NCBI RefSeq assembly: GCF_900232105.1
Contig: NZ_LT934425.1
Coordinates: forward strand, 4,200,001 to 4,232,000
Direction: 5' to 3'
Length of the DNA: 32,000 bases
Origin: Candidatus Kuenenia stuttgartensis
Lineage (GTDB): Bacteria; Planctomycetota; Brocadiia; Brocadiales; Brocadiaceae
This document shows positions 26,131 through 32,000 of this stretch, piece by piece; within the stretch, counting starts at the first letter, position 1; every line of letters starts with the position of its first letter. Under the pieces are notes generated by a model. The model worked only from the letters and a program-made list of their open reading frames with translations. It did not search any database and was not told the origin of the DNA. The translations under genes were made by a program, and so were the position numbers.

Positions 26131-27384
26131 CTATATATTTTTATTTAATTCATACCTTTCAATCACACCGGCGCCAACGCTATCGCCCCACACGTTTACT
26201 GCAGTACGGAATCTGTCTAAAATCCAATCAATTGCCAGGATTAATCCAATGCCTTCGATGGGTAAGCCAACGGACTTAAGCACTATTACCATAGTAATTA
26301 ATCCCGCCTCCGGAATGCCTGCAGCGCCTATGGCTGCAGGTGTTGCGGTAACAAATATAATGATTTGCATTGCGGGCGTCATGGTTATTCCATATGCCTG
26401 GGCGATAAATATCGCGGTAACTGCTTCGTAGAGAGCCGTTCCGTCCATATTTATTGTTGCTCCCAACGGAAGAACAAAACTTGCCGTTCTATTTGAAATT
26501 TTATTTTTTTCTTCAGCGCATTGCATGGTAAGCGGAAGGGTCGCCGAGCTGGACGCTGTAGAAAATGCATTTAGCAAGGCGGCGCTCATGCCTTTTCCAA
26601 AAATAACAGGACTCCTTTTCCCGAATATTTTTAGTATGAGGGGCAAAATAACGAAACCGTGAATGGCAAGACCGATTAAAACCGTAAAAGAATATTTTCC
26701 CAGTAAGTACAATTCAGGAATGAATCCGCTGAATCCCCCTGCCTGTCCAACCCTGGAAGAAATCAAACCGAAAATACCAATAGGCGCAATATACAGCACC
26801 CAGTGTGTTATTTTCATAACCGCATCATTGAGAATAGAAATGACATTAACCGCAGATTGGGCTTTTGGCCCCAATGCAGATAATGACAGACCAATTAAGA
26901 TGGAAAAGACAATTAAGGGCAGAATCTCCATTTGAGCCATTGCGGCAAAAATATTATGTGGCAACATCCCCTGCTTCCCGCTTTCTTTGTCACCTATTAG
27001 TATTTGTCGAAAGACGCCTCCCATCGTATCCTCATTGACACCATAGGGATTATTTTCCTGTATTGTGTAAGATGCGTCAGGATAGATTTCACCTGTCGAC
27101 AACCCTTTTCCAGGCTGAATAATGTTTACCAGGGCAATACCGATCAGTACGGCAATACATGTCGTTGTCAGGTAGTAAACTATTGTGCGCCAGCCAAGTG
27201 TCCCAAGACTGCTAAGATCGCCGAGATTTGTTATTCCAACAATAAGCGATAAAATAACAATGGGAATTACAAGCATCATTAATGCGTTGATGAATATTTC
27301 GCCCAGCAGGGAAAATTTGACTGCTATGTCAGGAACGAATCCCCCCGTTACCATACCTGCAACTACCGCAATAATAATATACAA
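26131..27384 (-). CDS. Dicarboxylate/amino acid:cation symporter (DAACS/GltP family); native part of ORF 26131-27552
   Basis: DAACS blocks LMMLVIPIVILSLIVGITNLGD, FSTASSSATLPLTMQCAEE, VLPLGATINMDGTALYEAV, AAIGAAGIPEAGLITM and DRFRTAVNVWGDSVGAGVI. The first 56 codons of the tracked ORF (27385-27552) lie inside IS1380 copy 2. A TTG at 27384-27382 is the first non-IS codon. Confidence 0.85.
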   Translation of the reverse strand: MYIIIAVVAGMVTGGFVPDIAVKFSLLGEIFINALMMLVIPIVILSLIVGITNLGDLSSLGTLGWRTIVYYLTTTCIAVLIGIALVNIIQPGKGLSTGEIYPDASYTIQENNPYGVNEDTMGGVFRQILIGDKESGKQGMLPHNIFAAMAQMEILPLIVFSILIGLSLSALGPKAQSAVNVISILNDAVMKITHWVLYIAPIGIFGLISSRVGQAGGFSGFIPELYLLGKYSFTVLIGLAIHGFVILPLILKIFGKRSPVIFGKGMSAALLNAFSTASSSATLPLTMQCAEEKNKISNRTASFVLPLGATINMDGTALYEAVTAIFIAQAYGITMTPAMQIIIFVTATPAAIGAAGIPEAGLITMVIVLKSVGLPIEGIGLILAIDWILDRFRTAVNVWGDSVGAGVIERYELNKNI

Positions 27385-27505
27385 CCTAAATCCTGCAAAC
27401 AAGGCAAAGCCTTGTTGCAGGAATAGGATTGAAATGGTAGGATTTCCAAGGTATTCGGCGGTATATTGATAACAAAAAACACCTGAAAGGAGATTCACCA
27501 TTTCG

Positions 27506-28845
27506 ATGAAGAATATAGCAAAAAAATACAGCAAAAGACAACCGAAAATCAAGGCAGAGATGAGCGGGAAAGGCTTAACGGTACATGCAGGGCTTTTACC
27601 GGTATTGAATTTTATGGGTAAGCTGATGTTCCGGGAGAGAGTCCATGAAGCGGTCCATAAGGATCGTGGAGCAAATGCCCGGTATCAGTTTGTCGATGCG
27701 GTACAAATGGTAGTGATAGGGTTGATAGCAGGGGCGACATCGATGGTAGAGGTGATGAAGGTGTGTACAGATGAGGTATTGAAGAAGATGTCCGGGTGGA
27801 AAGAGGTACCTGTAGATACTACGATAGGACGTATTATGAAGCTGGCGAGTCAGGGAGATATAGTGGAACTGACGGGGGGTGATCCACCGGTTTAGGGGAA
27901 AGATATGGAAGCGTGCGGTGAGATCAGGCCATAAACTCAGGAGTGCTCTTTGCGAAGTATGGATAGATGTTGATTCTACCGTAGATGGTGTATATGGGAA
28001 ACAGGAGGGTGCAGAGGTAGGATATAATCCGCACAAGAAGGGGCAGAAGGCGTATCATCCCTTAATGGCATTTATTGCAGAAACAAAGGAGGTATTACAT
28101 AGTTGGTTCCGCTGTGGAAGCGCCTACACGAGTAACGGAGTAGTAGAGTTCATGAAGGAATGTATGGCGTACATGAATAAGGGGGGTAAGGGTGGTATTT
28201 CGGGGAGACAGCGGTTTTTTTACCGGAGAATTACTTGAATACCTTGAGTCAATATTGGCGGGATATCTGATTAAGGTAAAGCTGAAGAATCTGGAAGGAT
28301 TGCTTGAAGGGCAGAAATGGAATGAGGTGAAAGGGGAGCCAGGATGGGAACAGGCTGAATTTTGGTATCGATGTGCAGGGTGGGATCGTGCGAGACGTTT
28401 TGTGGCAGTGCGGCAATTGGTCAAAAGAGAAAAGAAATTAGTAGAAGTGTCCGTGTATGAGTATTTTTGTTACGTTACAACGGAGCGGTTAAGTCCGATG
28501 GAAGCGCATCGTTGTTATGGAAAGAGGGCTACCTGCGAGACTTTGATAGAAGAGAGTAAAGGACAGATGAATGCGGGGCACATACGTACGGGTGAATTTT
28601 TGGCCAATGCTGCGCTATTTCAGTGTGCGGTGTTAGCGTATAATCTTTTGAAGTGGATGGGATTGCTCAGTGGTGGAGTGATACAACAGTGGGAAGTAAA
28701 GACGATGAGACTGTGGTTAATCCGTGTGGCAGGGAAACTGGTGGAGAGAAGCCGGCAGATGACATTAAAATTGCCGGAGAAATTTCTCCATCAGGAGGAA
28801 TGGGAAAAGTGGGAACGCATGTCACTGGATGTAGTTTTTCAGTAG
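27506..28845 (+). pseudogene. IS1380-family transposase, copy 2, with two +1 frameshifts
   Basis: Three consecutive ORF pieces (27506-27895, 27879-28238, 28192-28845) are collinear with the copy 1 protein. Copy 2 has GGGGGG where copy 1 has GGGGG at 27873-27878 and at 28181-28186. The N-terminus MKNIAKKYSKRQPKIKAEMSGKGLTVHAGLL resembles the ISEcp1 N-terminus (…KAKNLTSNAGLF). Confidence 0.85.
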
Positions 28846-28860
28846 AAAACCGACGTTGTA

Positions 28861-29986
28861 TAGTCAAACAAATCAGATTTTCGAAATTTGCTCGCCAATA
28901 ATTTGAAAATTTTCAGTTAAAAGAGTAGACAATTCATCTGTATACTCGTTAATATTTTTGAAAAAACTTAAACATTTGTTTTTAAACTTCTCATAAGTAT
29001 CATAATACTTGTTATACAATATTTTTTTGCGAAAGAATTTCCATAATCTTTCAATGAGATTTAAATTGGGCGAATAGGAAGGGAGAAATTTGATCTTTAT
29101 TCTCGAATTTGCAAGGTATTCTTTGACCAACTTAGACCTGTAATATTTAGCATTATCAGAGATTATGTAAATAGTACCGGCTTGAGCATACCTTGACTCT
29201 ATTTCATGGAAAAGCTTTATTGTTGATTGAGCATTGATGCTTTCATCTTCCCGGATTGTTACTTCAAAGGTTTCTATGTCAATAGCCCCGTTTAAATTTA
29301 TTCTTTTCCTGCCGGTATTAGAGGGTATTTCCTTCTTTTTGCCTTTCTCTATCCAGCAATATGCAGACGTAGAATTGTGCTGTGGATGAACTCCATCCAT
29401 AAAAAGTATCTTATCTCCAGGGGCTTTCTCTTCTTTGAGTTGTTTGTAGTTTTCGATAAATTCTTTTTGTTTTTCAGGGTTTGCTTTGCCTGGAACTATT
29501 GTAGTTTTCTTGTAAGTAAAGCCTAATCTATCGAGGGTATGTACCATTCCTTCGGGTGTATAGATTTTATTGAATGTCTGTTTTACATATTCAACAATTT
29601 CTTTTGCCGCACTATAGTTGTTTTTCCTGATATGATCTTTTAATTGTTCTTCTTGTTCGCAGGTGAGTTTTGGCACACAGCCAATATAATTGTCAGATAA
29701 AAGCCCGTCAAAACCTTTATCTTTGTATAGTTTTTCGTAATTCCTGATTGTTTGATCGTCTAACAAGAGCGCCTCTGCTACTTTTTCATAACTCCATCCT
29801 GAATCAAGAAGAAGTATAGCTTTGATTCGGTCGGCATGACGTCTATGAGGCTCTTTCTTATGTGCTTTTTTAAATTCTATTCGGGTTTTTTCACGGAGAA
29901 ATGGATTCATGCAGAATTTAATACTCTAGAAACAATTCAAATGCAAGAAAAAAACAGATTTTTATAAAAATAAATGCTTTTTACTA
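28861..29986 (-). mobile_element. IS630-family (Tc1/mariner-type) insertion sequence, 1126 bp; likely autonomous partner of the M-type MITEs
   Basis: TA duplication at 28859-28860 and 29987-29988. The empty site CGACGTTGTATTTCG is present in IS1380 copy 1 (complement of 2409-2423, single TA at 2415-2416). The terminus TAGTCAAACAAATCAGATTTTCGAAATTT matches the MITE terminus TAGTCAAACAAATAAGGTTTTCGAAAAATTT. Confidence 0.88.
28873..29910 (-). CDS. IS630-family DDE transposase, 345 aa
   Basis: N-terminal HTH region, then LFMDGVHPQH, IYIISDNAKYYRS and FLPSYSPNLNLIERLWKFFRKK (the DD(35)E-type motif of IS630/Tc1). Confidence 0.88.
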   Translation of the reverse strand: MNPFLREKTRIEFKKAHKKEPHRRHADRIKAILLLDSGWSYEKVAEALLLDDQTIRNYEKLYKDKGFDGLLSDNYIGCVPKLTCEQEEQLKDHIRKNNYSAAKEIVEYVKQTFNKIYTPEGMVHTLDRLGFTYKKTTIVPGKANPEKQKEFIENYKQLKEEKAPGDKILFMDGVHPQHNSTSAYCWIEKGKKKEIPSNTGRKRINLNGAIDIETFEVTIREDESINAQSTIKLFHEIESRYAQAGTIYIISDNAKYYRSKLVKEYLANSRIKIKFLPSYSPNLNLIERLWKFFRKKILYNKYYDTYEKFKNKCLSFFKNINEYTDELSTLLTENFQIIGEQISKI

Positions 29987-30116
29987 TATTTCGTTTTTTT
30001 AGTCTTTTGAGAGTGGTAAGTATACCGCAGATGGAGACAGTACATCCCTATCTTGATTTTCATTGCATCAGAGAGCACGTTTCCGACAATTTCCCATGTC
30101 TTTTTGTTTAAAGTAG

Positions 30117-30307
30117 TATAGCCAAACAAATATGATTTTAGAGATTTGGCGATAAAATGGCTTTCTAAAAAACAGATTTATTTGACTAGGCATATTATCA
30201 AACACACCCCTAAATCCCCTCTTGATAGAGGGGACTTCTTATCTCCCCTCTAAAAAGAGGGGCCGGGGGTGTGTAAATTTTTCGAAAACCTTATTTGTTT
30301 GACTATA
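30117..30307 (+). mobile_element. IS630-derived MITE, copy M4, forming a chimeric junction between the IS1380 tail and an IS4-family fragment
   Basis: Near-identical to M1 and M2. The left flank is IS1380 tail sequence and the right flank is internal IS4-family transposase sequence (…KKDDYI), so the two flanks do not belong together. Confidence 0.85.
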
Positions 30308-30893
30308 TAATCATCTTTTTTCATCGGAAACTGCCGAAAAGATTCTCCTGTGCCTTCTCCTTCAGTTCCCGTAAGTTTAAAGAAATCGCAAGATAATGAA
30401 GGAACCTCAATACTATAATGAATGCGCCAAAGACTTCCTGTTTTCCCAGGTTCCTTTACTGTTGTTGCATCAAATAAGCGAAGATGAAAATTATTCCGTT
30501 TATTAATTTGGAGGCCACGCTCACGGAATAAAGATAAACATAATTTATATAGCCATTCTTTGCTCTTTTTTAATCGCTTTAATAAGGCAACATCGGATAA
30601 ATCTGCTAAGTTAGCACGCTTGGCTCGAACTACTGTTTCACGCAATGAATAGCCACATCCTAAATGAATTAATAATGTTCGAAGAAGCTTTTCTTCAGAT
30701 TTATCCTTGCGCAAGCCTTTTAAAGCATTTGTATCAACGGCTAAACTTTTCCAATCGTTTGGGAAGAAAGTTCTTAGAAGATCCCAATCTTCTCTCATCA
30801 TGGCTTTATCCTCCTATAGAGTGATTAGCGGGATAATTAATATAAAAATACCATGATGAATAAAATTTGTCAATAAAACAAGTTAGCGCTTAT
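30308..30893 (-). mobile_element. IS4-family element, truncated copy (left IR plus the first ~165 codons of the transposase)
   Basis: Identical protein to 7584-8687 up to ...FRQFPMKKDDYI. The terminus ...AAAACAAGTTAGCGCTTAT ends at 30893. The ORF 30250-30801 runs on into MITE M4 sequence. Confidence 0.85.
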
Positions 30894-31146
30894 GCCCCCT
30901 GCACCCCCGCCAGCGGGGGACATTGTTTGAACAACAGGGGCATTCCCGATTTTTGGTTAACTAATTGTACATTGTAACACAAGCATCCTGCTTGTGGCAT
31001 TTTACCCTCAAGCTGGAAGCTTGAGTTACTATTCTTTCCCTCCCCGCTAATGGCATTTTTACAAAAAATCGGGGATGCTCCCGTTTTGTGAGAGGCTTGG
31101 GGGGTGAAACTCCCCCTTGCCTATTCGGTGCCTTTGTGTAAAAAAA
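30894..31146. repeat. Hairpin-dense non-coding block of unknown nature
   Basis: Contains the CCCCCGCCAGCGGGGGACA module (30904-30922) and two 8-bp-stem hairpins, CACAAGCA-TCC-TGCTTGTG (~30979-30997) and CTCAAGCT-GGA-AGCTTGAG (~31009-31027). A long-range pair GGGCATTCCCGATTTTT / AAAAATCGGGGATGCTCC lies at ~30934-30950 and ~31065-31082. Confidence 0.5.
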
Positions 31147-31422
31147 GTAACACTTTAGTTTTTTGAAAAATTCCCGGTATAGAAAAAATACCATGTAGCC
31201 CCGTTAGGGGCGGTCTGTTTGTAGCACAATAAAATTCAATAGAGTAAATAGCTCCGTAGGAGCGGCCTGTCCATATTCAGGCAGACCTGTTTAATATGGA
31301 TTTACAAGAGACAGGTCGCTCCTAACGGAGCTAATATCTGTTATAATATCCTATTTTGCTACAAACAGGCTGCTCCTACGGAGCTTATAGGTAATACGTT
31401 TTTCAAAAGACTAAAATGTTAC
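31147..31422 (-). mobile_element. N-type MITE copy N3 (276 bp), immediately downstream of hemC
   Basis: TIRs GTAACACTTTAGTTTTTTGAAAAA (31147-) and TTTTCAAAAGACTAAAATGTTAC (-31422). Its reverse complement is collinear with N1 and N2, and it carries an extra ~55-bp segment with a further GCTCCTACGGAGC hairpin. Confidence 0.85.
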
Positions 31423-31458
31423 TAAAAAAAAGATTTTCGGACTAAAATTCCTATACAT

Positions 31459-32000
31459 TTAAGGCATTTGTTTTGGGAAGTTCTGCCTGATTTCCTGTAA
31501 AATTTTATCACCGCCATTGTCCAGCATCCTTTGAGCAAGTTCGTTTCCAACCGCAGCCGCTTGATTAGCAGGTCCCTTGTGACTGTCCCGTATAGTACGT
31601 TCTCCGTCAAGCGTACAGATAACCGCTTCGAGGTGTACTTCATCATTAAGCACTTTTGCATGTGCTCCAATAGGTACCTGGCATCCACCCTGGAGTTTCG
31701 CCAATAAAGCACGTTCCGCCTCTACTGCAATCCTGGTGTGCAGATCATCCATTTTCGATAGTATTTTATTTATCCGTTCATCATCTTTGCGTATTTCTAT
31801 TCCGAGTGACCCTTGTCCTACGGCGGGTAACATAATTTCGAAAGGAATGATTTCGCTGATCTGTCCGGTATAGCCTATCCTTATCAAACCTGCATGGGCA
31901 ACGATAATACCATCTAAATCGTCAGCCTCGAGTTTTTTTAGACGGGTATCAAGATTGCCCCGAAGATCTACAATTTCAAAATCTGGCCTTAACGCAAGGA
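31459..32000 (-). CDS. hemC: Hydroxymethylbilane synthase (porphobilinogen deaminase), C-terminal ~180 aa; the 5' end lies beyond the window
   Basis: The frame is open to position 32000. Sequence: …DFEIVDLRGNLDTRLKKLEADDLDGIIVAHAGLIRIGYTGQISEIIPFEIMLPAVGQGSLGIEIRKDDERI…ERALLAKLQGGCQVPIGAHA, which carries the canonical HemC motifs, including the cofactor-binding GGCQVP cysteine. Confidence 0.9.
   Translation of the reverse strand, partial: LALRPDFEIVDLRGNLDTRLKKLEADDLDGIIVAHAGLIRIGYTGQISEIIPFEIMLPAVGQGSLGIEIRKDDERINKILSKMDDLHTRIAVEAERALLAKLQGGCQVPIGAHAKVLNDEVHLEAVICTLDGERTIRDSHKGPANQAAAVGNELAQRMLDNGGDKILQEIRQNFPKQMP

Larger units (their letters stand above)
27385..30118 (+). mobile_element. 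IS1380-family element, copy 2: head (IRL) intact, transposase frameshifted twice, tail interrupted by an IS630-family element and then cut by MITE M4
   Basis: IRL CCTAAATCCTGCAAAC at 27385-27400. Homologous to copy 1 over 27574-28860 and 29987-30118. The last ~110 bp of tail, including the IRR (the equivalent of 698-808), is missing. Confidence 0.75.

Noticed and set aside
30961-31194. 77-aa minus-strand ORF
   Set aside because: It spans the hairpin-dense block and the end of MITE N3. It has no SD or motifs, and its composition is dictated by palindromic repeats.
31422-31712. 96-aa minus-strand ORF overlapping hemC
   Set aside because: It is out of frame with the strongly supported hemC reading frame.
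1-32000. Retron, DGR or other reverse-transcriptase-based systems, and classical defence operons
   Set aside because: None of the ORFs has RT motifs (YxDD), restriction/modification motifs, or nuclease-NTPase pairs. All large ORFs are accounted for by transposases, surface proteins or housekeeping functions.

Overview
This window is dominated by insertion sequences and MITEs, with only a few cellular genes. I found no rRNA, tRNA, CRISPR array, reverse transcriptase or recognisable defence operon. The taxon cannot be established from the sequence. SBBP-repeat surface proteins, a Tat-signal DUF362 protein and dense GC-rich hairpin repeats are reminiscent of Planctomycetota or anammox-type genomes, but that is a guess.

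Cellular genes, all on the minus strand:
- a short 5' gene end at 1-85
- one intact 1092-aa SBBP/beta-propeller surface protein (21364-24642), plus two decayed paralogs
- an orphan DUF433 gene
- a probable DUF362 plus DAACS symporter operon (25028-27384)
- the 3' part of hemC (31459-32000)

Mobile content:
- IS1380-family, two copies, both dead
- IS701-like
- a four-gene Mu/TnsB-type module
- IS4-family, one full copy and one truncated
- IS110-family
- ISAzo13-family, two inverted copies
- IS200/IS605-family
- IS630-family
- one unclassified transposase fragment
- two MITE families: an IS630-derived ~190-bp family with 4 copies, and a ~220-280-bp family with GTAACACTTTAG termini, 3 copies plus a solo end

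Several insertions can be reconstructed to the base because paralogous empty sites lie in the same window.

Observations most worth a second look:
- the four-gene transposition module, which carries two zinc-finger accessory genes
- an ISAzo13-mediated inversion that split an SBBP gene
- GC-rich hairpin modules carried in-frame inside surface-protein genes
- the IS110 leader as a possible bridge RNA, which shares a 17-nt motif with three other sites
- an IS1380 end lying inside the annotated symporter ORF
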